Assembly (NCBI GenBank): GCA_041821665.1
Contig: JBGUDT010000004.1
Span: 1 to 61,234, forward strand
Source of the DNA: Anaerolineales bacterium
GTDB lineage: Bacteria > Chloroflexota > Anaerolineae > Anaerolineales > E44-bin32
Length of the DNA: 61,234 nucleotides
Direction: 5' to 3'
The position numbers were made by a program, and so were the translations under genes. Shown piece after piece: positions 35,618-44,114 of this stretch. The notes under the pieces are model-generated. The model did not search any database, was not told where the DNA came from, and saw nothing but the letters and a program-made list of their open reading frames with translations. Positions within the stretch are counted from its first letter, which is position 1, and the number at the start of each line of letters is the position of its first letter.

Positions 35618-38035
35618 CTATGCAGTCACCTTCGGCATTTCCTGCCCCTGAGCACGCAGCTGCCAGAGTGCCTCAAAAGCGGCATCTCTAAGGTAAGATT
35701 CATCGGAATGCAACGCCTGTGTGAGTTCAATACTGAACTCATCCCCACCATTCCAAGCAATAGCCTCCATGGCCGCGATCTGTTCTTCGGGTGTGCCCTT
35801 ATTGAGCGCTCGTCGGATCATTTCCAGGGCTGCCTTTCCAGGCGCGACACCCAGTCCCTCGCGGGCGGCAAAATCGGACAGCCAGGTGAGCTCGGCGATA
35901 TCATCGGAAGGTGGTTGTATATGCCAGGGAGGATTCTGGCGTCGCTCGAGGGCCTCTGCCGCCGCACCACGGACAACCCATTGATCGTCTTCGACCTGGA
36001 TGGTCTCCAATATTTCAAACGCCCAATCCTCAGACACCCTGGATAAACCGAATACAGCGGCCCGTCTGGTGAGCAGGTTTTCGATCTCCACAGCTTCGCG
36101 AAGCATGGAGTAGCCTTCATTTGGATCACAGGCGAGGGCCTCGCCAGCTGATAGGCGAATGGTCTCATCACCTTCTAGTAGCAGCCGACCGAGTCCTTCG
36201 AGCGAACTCTCGGTACCTATGCCCGCAAGCCCCAAACATGCGGCCTGCCTGGTGTGTAAGTTTTGACGTTCATTAATTGTTTGGATGAGCGCATCGATGG
36301 AATCCTCGTCTCTCAAGCCCCCAAGACCCAGCGCGCCAAGGACACGACTGCTTGGGTATTTGGATTGCAACAGTCGGCGGAAAAGAACTGCAACAGACAT
36401 TTCATTCGAATAAGCCAGGGCATGGATAGTTCGCAGTCGAAGTCCATAGGGTTTCGAATGAGCGTTTGCGATGGTCGCGAGTTCGCGCAGAACACGGGCA
36501 CGCCATTCAGCTCTACCGTCAGCTTCTCGAATCCAATCGCTCATCACAAGTAGATGTTCCTCGAGCGGGTCGTCTCTTACCTCAAGGTAGCGATCTGCGA
36601 CTGCGCTGATGTCACCCATAGCGGAGAAGTAGCGCATCGCGTTCTCGGCTGGGCTCCATCCGAGTTGAGCAGCCTCAAAGGATATTCCAGAATTAACCAT
36701 CTCAAGGGCGGCAAGATAAGCTCCGACACTCGGGTTTGAAAAAGACAATCTATTCGCGACATGGCGGGAAAGGATCCCCGCTTCGATCATGTCATTAATC
36801 GGTGTCCCACGTTTCACCGCTCTGTCGGCGATGATCCCGGATCTACCTTTGATCCAATTTAGCGCCGTCGCTCCCGCTGATTTTCGCTCGTTCGGGGAAA
36901 GGAACCGGGCCACATAGGATTCGAGGCAGTCGACGATCTTTGGACCCCGTACATCACCAACGTAGGCCGACCAGGTAAGTAACGTGACCTCGAGCGGCGT
37001 GTAGCCCCGAACAAGGTCAGAGAGCCACCCGGAATACAGCGAGGGATCTACGTCGGAAAGCCGTTTCTTGGGGAGGGTGGGCAGGATATGCTCCTGCCAG
37101 GCCAGCCCCCATTTCCTCAAGAAGTGATGGTGTTCGTGTGCGCTCCATGGTGCGATGGGGACTGGTGTGAGACCCGCTTTGGTAATCCCATCATATCCAC
37201 GCACAGGTCCGGCAGCCACAACCCGGATTTTGGGGTAAGTTTCGATGATTTTCTTAAGCCACGCTGCGACGGTTGTCAATTCATTAGGGGGGAATTCATC
37301 AAGCCCGTCGAGCAGCAGAAGTGCCCCCCCACGGCTGAATTGCGATTTAATTTTCCCCGGGAGTCGGGATGAAGCTGAGGAAGAGGTGGTTTCGACCGCG
37401 GCCGTGATGATGGGTTTGAGAGGATCCTTTTCGGCATTGCGATCCAGGATGAGATCGGCGGCATGAATAAGGATGGGCATGAGATCTGCGGCCACGCCTG
37501 CTTCAGGATCTCCCATAGCCGATCGGATGGCAAGATAGGCCAGGGCGGTCGTTTTCCCCGACCCTGGTCTCCCCGTAATGAGTATGTTGGCGCCATCTTT
37601 CAAGGCGCTCCCAAGCTCAATGGTTGGCGCCCGGTAGATACCCGACAGAAATTTCCGGTCGGGCAGGTTTGGAATGACGGAGAGCGTGTCTTCAGGGGCG
37701 GGTTCGGTCTGATCTGGATCCGTGGGGATTGGGGGGGCGAGGAGCCTCGGAACGACGGCTAATTCATCGAGTGAGAAGAGCGCATTCGCAATGTGCATCG
37801 CTGAGGCACGTTCGATCAGGTCAGCGCGATATTTGTCGACCGAGCTGCGACCTCGTCGTTCACTGGAGGTGGCCATTCGGATTTGGAACCAGGTTGAGAT
37901 CTCATCCCGCGCTGGACGTAGTTTTACAAATATCCATGCGAAAAGCAGCCCAATCCCGATCCCAACAAGAAACTCTCCAAGATCGAAGAAATAGCCAAAA
38001 ATTCCAGCGAAGATGTTTCGAATTAGATCAATCAT
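35618..38035 (-). CDS. Membrane-anchored STAND NTPase: N-terminal TM segment(s) + NACHT-like P-loop + HEAT repeats
   Basis: N-terminus IFAGIFGYFFDLGEFLVGIGIGLLFAWIFV. Walker A ILITGRPGSGKTTAL, Walker B ALLLLDGLDEF. C-terminal repeats of the type RRAAVFGLSRV / VRGAAAEALE / LRDAAFEAL. ATG at 38035 (GTG at 38041 also possible). Confidence 0.7.
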   Translation of the reverse strand: MIDLIRNIFAGIFGYFFDLGEFLVGIGIGLLFAWIFVKLRPARDEISTWFQIRMATSSERRGRSSVDKYRADLIERASAMHIANALFSLDELAVVPRLLAPPIPTDPDQTEPAPEDTLSVIPNLPDRKFLSGIYRAPTIELGSALKDGANILITGRPGSGKTTALAYLAIRSAMGDPEAGVAADLMPILIHAADLILDRNAEKDPLKPIITAAVETTSSSASSRLPGKIKSQFSRGGALLLLDGLDEFPPNELTTVAAWLKKIIETYPKIRVVAAGPVRGYDGITKAGLTPVPIAPWSAHEHHHFLRKWGLAWQEHILPTLPKKRLSDVDPSLYSGWLSDLVRGYTPLEVTLLTWSAYVGDVRGPKIVDCLESYVARFLSPNERKSAGATALNWIKGRSGIIADRAVKRGTPINDMIEAGILSRHVANRLSFSNPSVGAYLAALEMVNSGISFEAAQLGWSPAENAMRYFSAMGDISAVADRYLEVRDDPLEEHLLVMSDWIREADGRAEWRARVLRELATIANAHSKPYGLRLRTIHALAYSNEMSVAVLFRRLLQSKYPSSRVLGALGLGGLRDEDSIDALIQTINERQNLHTRQAACLGLAGIGTESSLEGLGRLLLEGDETIRLSAGEALACDPNEGYSMLREAVEIENLLTRRAAVFGLSRVSEDWAFEILETIQVEDDQWVVRGAAAEALERRQNPPWHIQPPSDDIAELTWLSDFAAREGLGVAPGKAALEMIRRALNKGTPEEQIAAMEAIAWNGGDEFSIELTQALHSDESYLRDAAFEALWQLRAQGQEMPKVTA

Positions 38036-38041
38036 AAGCAC

Positions 38042-38743
38042 CTAACCTGAGTATAAGATACGAGTGCATTGAGCACATTGGATGATGACGTTGCCTGTCC
38101 TGATTTCTTGTAATTTGGAACGTGCCTGGTCAAGACCACAGACTGAACAACTGTCATCGCTCAATGTTGTAACAGCAATCCTGTTTAGCTTGGATCGCAG
38201 ACGATCATACTTTTCAACATCCCCGGGCTCGATATCGGCCAGAGCGGCTTCTTTTTCTTGTTCTCGACTCTCGATATCGGTGGTGAGGGTACCTCGTTCC
38301 TCATCAAGGTCTGCGTTGTCACTCAAAGTTTTCGCTTCGAGTAGATCAAAAGCGTCTCTTGACGCGATGTGGCTCTCTTCTGCTTCATCCAGCTCCAGCA
38401 TAGTCTCTAAATACGTGTCCTCAAGTGTAGCGAGATATTTCTTGAGCGATACGGATTCGAGCTGCAGGTCTTCAAGTTCTTTTGGATTCGTGACCGCACC
38501 GCCGTATAGCTTCTTATCGTTCTGCTCGATCTTCTCTCGTTGACTCAAGACGGCGTGATTGGCGGAAGAATTCGTGGTCCGTGCCTCTTTGAGGACGACT
38601 TCTGCACCTTCCAGCGCTTCACGCATGAGTGCGAGTTCGGAGTTATCCGCCAGAATCGTGTTGATCTGTTCAATCCGGGCATGGTTATTGTCGATTTCTG
38701 TATCCAATTCCTGGAGACGATAGAGGCTCGATACGCGGCTCAT
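38042..38743 (-). CDS. Coiled-coil C4 zinc-ribbon protein, COG1579/DUF164 family
   Basis: MSRVSSLYRLQELDTEID ... NPKELEDLQLE ... YDRLRSKL ... CSVCG...CAQCTRILY. Its stop lies 6 nt (or 0 nt) from the NACHT gene start. Confidence 0.8.
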   Translation of the reverse strand: MSRVSSLYRLQELDTEIDNNHARIEQINTILADNSELALMREALEGAEVVLKEARTTNSSANHAVLSQREKIEQNDKKLYGGAVTNPKELEDLQLESVSLKKYLATLEDTYLETMLELDEAEESHIASRDAFDLLEAKTLSDNADLDEERGTLTTDIESREQEKEAALADIEPGDVEKYDRLRSKLNRIAVTTLSDDSCSVCGLDQARSKLQEIRTGNVIIQCAQCTRILYSG

Positions 38744-38749
38744 AGTGCG

Positions 38750-38779
38750 ATTATAGATGTTTCGATGGCTCCGAGGCAA
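38750..38779 (-). promoter_or_regulatory. Candidate promoter giving a leaderless COG1579 mRNA (TTGCCT-18-TATAAT-6-ATG)
   Basis: On the minus strand, TATAAT is at 38750..38755 and TTGCCT at 38774..38779. Only 6 nt separate the -10 from ATG 38743, and there is no Shine-Dalgarno sequence. Confidence 0.4.
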
Positions 38780-38786
38780 CATGACA

Positions 38787-38816
38787 TTGGCTTCATACCT
38801 GAGGACAGCGTACAAT
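38787..38816 (+). promoter_or_regulatory. Candidate promoter giving a leaderless or near-leaderless mRNA for the GT-C cluster (TTGGCT-18-TACAAT-8-ATG)
   Basis: TTGGCT at 38787..38792 and TACAAT at 38811..38816. The ATG is at 38825, and the intervening TCTTTCCA has no Shine-Dalgarno sequence. Confidence 0.4.
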
Positions 38817-38824
38817 TCTTTCCA

Positions 38825-40399
38825 ATGAAGAAGAGGAAAGATTGGGCAGGTGCGCTCTTAATTAGCGTATGCGCCGCATTTATTACGCTTCTGCCCTTCA
38901 TCTATGCAAGTGTTCGAGTGAACCCGGGGTTTGAATTCACCGGATTCCTGCTTAATCCCTGGGATGGGTTCACGTACCTGGCGAAAATGCAGCAAGGTGA
39001 AGCTGGAGCATGGGGTTTCCAACTGCCTTATGCGTTAGATCCCGGACCCGAAACTTACCTCTATTTCTACTACATACTCCTGGGTAAATTTGCATCGTGG
39101 ATAGGATCAGAGCTCATCGTCGTATTCCATGGAGCGAGGTTCCTTGCTTCTACAGGGATGTTCTTCCTCGCGTACCTGCTCTTCGAACGAGTATTGCCGG
39201 ATCGACGGACGACGTGGTTCGCGTTTCTCCTCGTACTTTTTGGCTCTGGGTTGGGGTGGCTACCCCTTCTGCTTCATGGGGTTGAAACGAGCGATATCGC
39301 AATTCCGGAGTCGATACCCTTTCTCCTTGCGTATTCGAACGCACATTTCCCAGTAGCCGCCGCGTCCATACTGGGCGCAATATTGGCTATGCTGGGAACA
39401 GGGACGAAGCTGTGGATCCGGGCTGCTGTCGCCTTCGTTTGTGGTTCAGTTCTCGCGATCGTACTCCCTTTCTCCGTGGTGAGTTTGATTGTGACTCTAT
39501 CTGTATGGATTGCCTGGGAGTGGCGTGCTGGGGGTGGGGGGAGCATTCTTCAATTCCTCCGTGGGAAAAATCGTGCCCGATCCATCACGTTTTTCTGGCT
39601 GCTGCTTGCCATGGTTCCATGGATCTTGTATGACACCTGGATCGTGCTTGCACACCCCGTTATTTCTGCATGGTCCTCGCAGAACATCACACCATCACCT
39701 CCACTCTGGCAATATCTATTCGGCTATGGACTTATCCTCCTCCTTTCTGTGATCGGGGTCATTCGTGCAAAACCGTTTGCCACCTCCACGGGACGATTGC
39801 TGATCGTTTGGGGTGTGTCCGGCTTTCTCCTCCTCTATGCCCCGATTGGACTCCAACGGCGGTTGAATCTGGGGCTTTACTTTCCTCTCGCTGCTCTAGC
39901 CGCATTCGGCTTGAGCAGCATCGCAACTCGGGCTCGATCTTTCTGGGCAACCGCCATCATCCTTCTCATCTTAACCCTGCCTTCAAACCTCATCGTGGTC
40001 ACGGCCGGATTGTACGCCGTCTCAAACGACGAGGCTGTGGTACTTCACACCTCTGATGAACTGAATGCCTTCAAGTGGCTGGGTGACAATATATACGAAG
40101 GAACGGTGATCCTGGCTGCACCCGTTATAGGAAACCGACTACCTTCATATTCCGGGGCTCGTGTTCTGTTTGGGCATCCTTTTGAGACCCCGAATGCGGA
40201 CGAAAGCAAGCAGCGAGTGTTGGACTATTATGCGTGGATGGGATCAAACCAGACGGCCATCACATCGCTTCAGAAGGATGGTGTTGAGTTAATCTTTTTC
40301 GGTCCGCAGGAAGAACTGATAGGTACGCCGAACTGGCTTGAAGCGTTGCCCGTCATTGCAGAATTTGGAGAAGTCAGGATATTCAAGGTGACGCCGTGA
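38825..40399 (+). CDS. Polytopic membrane protein A (putative GT-C-type glycosyltransferase), paralogue of 42519..44114
   Basis: ORF 38540.. trimmed to MKKRKDWAGALLISV. More than 10 TM helices. First-loop motif FTGFLLNPWDGFTYLAKMQQG. Soluble C-terminal domain. Confidence 0.55.
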   Translation: MKKRKDWAGALLISVCAAFITLLPFIYASVRVNPGFEFTGFLLNPWDGFTYLAKMQQGEAGAWGFQLPYALDPGPETYLYFYYILLGKFASWIGSELIVVFHGARFLASTGMFFLAYLLFERVLPDRRTTWFAFLLVLFGSGLGWLPLLLHGVETSDIAIPESIPFLLAYSNAHFPVAAASILGAILAMLGTGTKLWIRAAVAFVCGSVLAIVLPFSVVSLIVTLSVWIAWEWRAGGGGSILQFLRGKNRARSITFFWLLLAMVPWILYDTWIVLAHPVISAWSSQNITPSPPLWQYLFGYGLILLLSVIGVIRAKPFATSTGRLLIVWGVSGFLLLYAPIGLQRRLNLGLYFPLAALAAFGLSSIATRARSFWATAIILLILTLPSNLIVVTAGLYAVSNDEAVVLHTSDELNAFKWLGDNIYEGTVILAAPVIGNRLPSYSGARVLFGHPFETPNADESKQRVLDYYAWMGSNQTAITSLQKDGVELIFFGPQEELIGTPNWLEALPVIAEFGEVRIFKVTP

Positions 40400-42522
40400 A
40401 AGCCAGGAAAAGATCGATCCCCGTTTGGCTCATATTTGCCGGAGGAGCTATCGTTTGGCTTGGCCTCGGCTTCTTCCAGGATGGGGTTCTTCCTTTCTGG
40501 CGCGGTGCCACATACTCCGATCTACTCATCACGCACCTGCCCAATTCGCTGTTCCTCAGACGTGCACTAACGACATGGGGACAAATTCCATTGTGGAATC
40601 CACTGATCCTCTCGGGGGGGCCATTCGCAGCAGATCCTCTCTCCGGCCTTTGGTATCCGCCGAATTGGCTGGCGGTGGTCCTCGCCCCGGAAGCGGCTTT
40701 CCCCTTATTGTTCTGGTTCCATCTGGCATTGGCGGGTTTTGGAACCTGGCAGCTTGCACGCGCTGAGGGCGTTGGACGGATCGGGTCCATCATCGCGGGA
40801 TTGGCATTTGCGGGAACGCCAAAATTTATCGCCCATATTGGCCTTGGCCATATCGGGTTGGTCAGTGCGGTAAGCTGGATGCCATGGGCGTTATTACTCG
40901 CCAGGAAAACACTTGAGAGCCTCCCTTCATCCGGTCGGAAGTGGATGATGTATGCCGCGCTGGCTGGATCGATCCTTGGGTTGATATTTCTTGCTGACCC
41001 TCGCTGGTCACTTCCCTCTGCAATACTGGTCTTTGTGTATTGCGTCTTTACGGTACTCGGGATGGAGAGGGATAAGACGAGCCGGATGCGCTTCCTATAC
41101 GCTGGAGGGTTAGGCATATTGTTCGCGGCCTTGATCGCTGCCGTCCTGGCAGTTCCCATGGTGGAGTTCAGCATGGGTTCCACCCGGTGGAATCTTTCAG
41201 GTGCGGAGCAGGAGATGCTTGCGCTACCCCTGGCTGCATTGTTTAACCTGCTCACCCCGACGCTCGTGCAGCCGGAGTGGTTCATATTCCTGGGTGTGAG
41301 CGTTTTATACCTTGCCTGCAGTGCTTTCATCCGACCGGGTAGATATTCATGGTTCTGGCTCGGCATTGCTTTATTCAGCGTGATCCTCTCTCTAGGATCT
41401 GCTACACCGCTCTATGGGGTATTCAACTTTCTCGTACCAGGCGCATCTATGCTGCGGGTGCCTCCGCGGTGGATTTTCGTCGGTTGGTTTGGTATGGCGA
41501 TGCTCGCAGGTTATGGGATCGATGCCATCCAGAAGTACAGAAACGATGAAGGCGTCAAGCGCAAGATGCGTCTCTTTACAATGGGTCTGTTTACATTCCT
41601 TTTCCTGCTTGTTGGGGGCAGTTGGCTGATGGGATCCAGCCCAACCCAACTGCAGACGATCAGCCTGGTACTGGCTCTCCTGGTATTTATCTGGGGGATC
41701 CTGTCCTATAGCAGCAAACTCTCGGAAAATGTACTGATCGCCGGGTGGATTCTCCTCCTGGTTGTGGAGTTGGCCTGGGTAAATCATAATTTGTTGGAGC
41801 ATCGTCAGCTAACCGCGCAGAATGCGGAAAATGAAGCACTCGTATCTGCAATAACACCAGGAGAGTCAGGGGGGCGGTATTTTTCACCTTCGTACAGCAT
41901 CCCCCAACATATTGCAGCAGAACATGGTCTGGAACTAGCAGATGGTGTCACCCCGCTGCAGCTGCGTGTTTACGTTCAATATATGGAGGATGCGGCCGGT
42001 TTTTCCGGAGAGGCGTACAGCGTCACACTTCCGCCCTTTCCAACGGGGGATCCGACAGAACCGTGGGGTTTCACGCCAAATTCGGATGATTTGGGAAAAT
42101 TAAGTGTCAGGACAGTTTTATCCGCCTACCCTGTTGATGCCTCTGGTCTCGAATTTGTGGACAACATCGATGGCGTGTATGTATATGAGGTAGCGGAAGC
42201 CCGTCCTCGAGCCTGGGTTGAGGAGGAATCTGGCGGATGGAAATTCGTGAAGGAACTTCGTTGGACCCCGAATCGAATCGAGATCGAAGCCGATGGACCT
42301 GGCTTGTTAATCCTTAGTGAGATTCAATATCCAGGCTGGAACGCATCGATAGACGGCAAGAGTGCGCACATCATGACGAGCGATGGAATTTTTCGAGCCG
42401 TGTCCCTGACCGAGGGGACGCATAATGTCGTGTTCGAATTCCAGCCTCTCACAGTATTCCTTGGATTCCTGTGTACCTTCGCGGCGATTGTGGGTCTGAT
42501 ATGGCTCTGGTTACGAAGATGA
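40396..42522 (+). CDS. YfhO-like GT-C membrane glycosyltransferase B
   Basis: GTGA overlap with gene A. IPLWNPLILSGGPFAADPLSGLWYPPNWL. C-terminal YPGWNASIDGKSAHIMTSDGIFRAVSLTEGTHNVVFEFQP plus a terminal TM, as in YfhO proteins. Confidence 0.7.
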   Translation: MKARKRSIPVWLIFAGGAIVWLGLGFFQDGVLPFWRGATYSDLLITHLPNSLFLRRALTTWGQIPLWNPLILSGGPFAADPLSGLWYPPNWLAVVLAPEAAFPLLFWFHLALAGFGTWQLARAEGVGRIGSIIAGLAFAGTPKFIAHIGLGHIGLVSAVSWMPWALLLARKTLESLPSSGRKWMMYAALAGSILGLIFLADPRWSLPSAILVFVYCVFTVLGMERDKTSRMRFLYAGGLGILFAALIAAVLAVPMVEFSMGSTRWNLSGAEQEMLALPLAALFNLLTPTLVQPEWFIFLGVSVLYLACSAFIRPGRYSWFWLGIALFSVILSLGSATPLYGVFNFLVPGASMLRVPPRWIFVGWFGMAMLAGYGIDAIQKYRNDEGVKRKMRLFTMGLFTFLFLLVGGSWLMGSSPTQLQTISLVLALLVFIWGILSYSSKLSENVLIAGWILLLVVELAWVNHNLLEHRQLTAQNAENEALVSAITPGESGGRYFSPSYSIPQHIAAEHGLELADGVTPLQLRVYVQYMEDAAGFSGEAYSVTLPPFPTGDPTEPWGFTPNSDDLGKLSVRTVLSAYPVDASGLEFVDNIDGVYVYEVAEARPRAWVEEESGGWKFVKELRWTPNRIEIEADGPGLLILSEIQYPGWNASIDGKSAHIMTSDGIFRAVSLTEGTHNVVFEFQPLTVFLGFLCTFAAIVGLIWLWLRR

Positions 42523-44114
42523 CGCGGGGAGAACGTAAGTGGATGTGGGGATATTCCACGCTCATCATTCTTTTAACGACGCTGCCTTACATCCTTGCGT
42601 TCTCATCTGAGGGCGATGCGTGGAGTTTTACGGGTTTTGTTTTCGGGGTTGAGGACGGAAACTCATACATCGCGAAAATGCTGCGTGGGTATGCGGGTGA
42701 TTGGTTATTCTTCACACCCTACACAACTGCAGAGCAGGGTGGTGTCGTCGCTTTTTTACCCTACTTCCTGCTCGGGCGCCTGGCTGGCGGGATTGAAATT
42801 CACCGGCAGCACATCATCCTCTTCCAGGTGATGCGGGTGGTTTCTATCCCCTTCGTCGTATACGCAACTTATCGTTTTATCTCCCTTTTCATCGATAGAA
42901 TTTGGTGGCGCCGCTGGGCCACCATTCTGGGAACGCTCGGGGGTGGGTTGGGTTGGATAGTATTAATATCGGGTCAGGGAGCCGTGCTGGGAAGCCTACC
43001 TTTAGATTTCATCTCACCCGAGACTTTTGGCTTCCTGAGTATATTTGGGTTACCTCACCTCATCATCGCTCGAGGTTTGCTACTTCTCGGACTGGTTTTC
43101 TATCTGGAAAGTCGCGAAGACCATCGCAAAGCATGGATAGGGGGAGGTTGCTTGCTCCTCCTGACCTTTGTCCAGCCGTTATCCGTCCTGGTCGCATACG
43201 CAGCCATCGGAGCACATATGCTTGCGGTCGCTATTTTTGGACTGATTCAAAAAGAAAAACCTAAGATTGGGACCTGGTTCCGAGCCGCAGCACGAGTTAG
43301 TCTTCCGTCTCTCCCTGTGGTGATCTATCTGGCACTCCAGTTTTCATCCGATCCATTTCTAAAAGCCTGGACCGCGCAGAATCGCATCCTCTCACCACAT
43401 ATCGCACATTATGCGCTTGCGTACGGCCTCGTCCTCATTCCCGCGATATTCGGAGCTCGGGCCATAATCCACTCGAAGAAGACCACTTCATTGTTCCCCC
43501 TGAGTTGGGTGGTGATCTCGCTCGTCCTGGCGTATTTCCCGTATAACCTGCAGCGCAGACTCCCCGAAGGGAGCTGGGTAGCATGGGTCGCCCTCGCGGC
43601 TCTTGGGATGATGTCTATCTTCAAGGAAGAGAGAAAGCGAAGGATTGGAGGGGTGATCCTGCTTGCATTCTCGGTGATAAGCAGCATCGTCTTGATCCTT
43701 GGAGGAGCAAATGTCGCACGAAGACCTTCCAGCCCTATCTTTCGTCCTGTGGAGGAAGCGGCGGCATTTGAGTGGTTGGCGCTGCATGCTGAAAACGGTG
43801 ATCATGTTCTCTCTTCATTTTCCACAGGCAACGTTCTCCCCGCATGGGCGCCTGTTCACGTTGTGATAGGTCACGGACCCGAGAGTGTGGATTTCGCCCG
43901 ACTTGCGCCGCAAGTCGAAGCATTTTTCGCAGATCCCGCATCGACTCAAGCGAGGCAGAAATTTCTACATGAGCATGACGTGCGTTTCGTCTTCTATGGT
44001 CCGAACGAAAAGATGATGGGCGGTTGGAACCCTGACCAGAGCTCCATCCTGGCGGAAGTGTATTCCGGAGGGGAATATCAAATCTTTGAGGTTGAAGTTG
44101 AGCGATCGCAATAA
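42519..44114 (+). CDS. Polytopic membrane protein A' (putative GT-C), paralogue of 38825..40399
   Basis: ATGA overlap with B (alternative ATG at 42501). FTGFVFGVEDGNSYIAKMLRG and GGGLGWI align by eye with gene A. Confidence 0.55.
   Translation: MTRGERKWMWGYSTLIILLTTLPYILAFSSEGDAWSFTGFVFGVEDGNSYIAKMLRGYAGDWLFFTPYTTAEQGGVVAFLPYFLLGRLAGGIEIHRQHIILFQVMRVVSIPFVVYATYRFISLFIDRIWWRRWATILGTLGGGLGWIVLISGQGAVLGSLPLDFISPETFGFLSIFGLPHLIIARGLLLLGLVFYLESREDHRKAWIGGGCLLLLTFVQPLSVLVAYAAIGAHMLAVAIFGLIQKEKPKIGTWFRAAARVSLPSLPVVIYLALQFSSDPFLKAWTAQNRILSPHIAHYALAYGLVLIPAIFGARAIIHSKKTTSLFPLSWVVISLVLAYFPYNLQRRLPEGSWVAWVALAALGMMSIFKEERKRRIGGVILLAFSVISSIVLILGGANVARRPSSPIFRPVEEAAAFEWLALHAENGDHVLSSFSTGNVLPAWAPVHVVIGHGPESVDFARLAPQVEAFFADPASTQARQKFLHEHDVRFVFYGPNEKMMGGWNPDQSSILAEVYSGGEYQIFEVEVERSQ

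Noticed and set aside
38540-38824. 5' extension of ORF 38540..40399 (95 extra codons)
   Set aside because: The extension is antisense to the COG1579 gene and is not hydrophobic. The membrane protein sequence and promoter-like elements begin at ATG 38825.
40383-41366. 327-aa ORF antisense to the YfhO-like gene B
   Set aside because: It lies entirely inside a well-supported plus-strand gene. Its Ala/Arg/Pro/Ser-rich composition is typical of antisense frames in GC-rich DNA, and it has no motif or ribosome-binding site.
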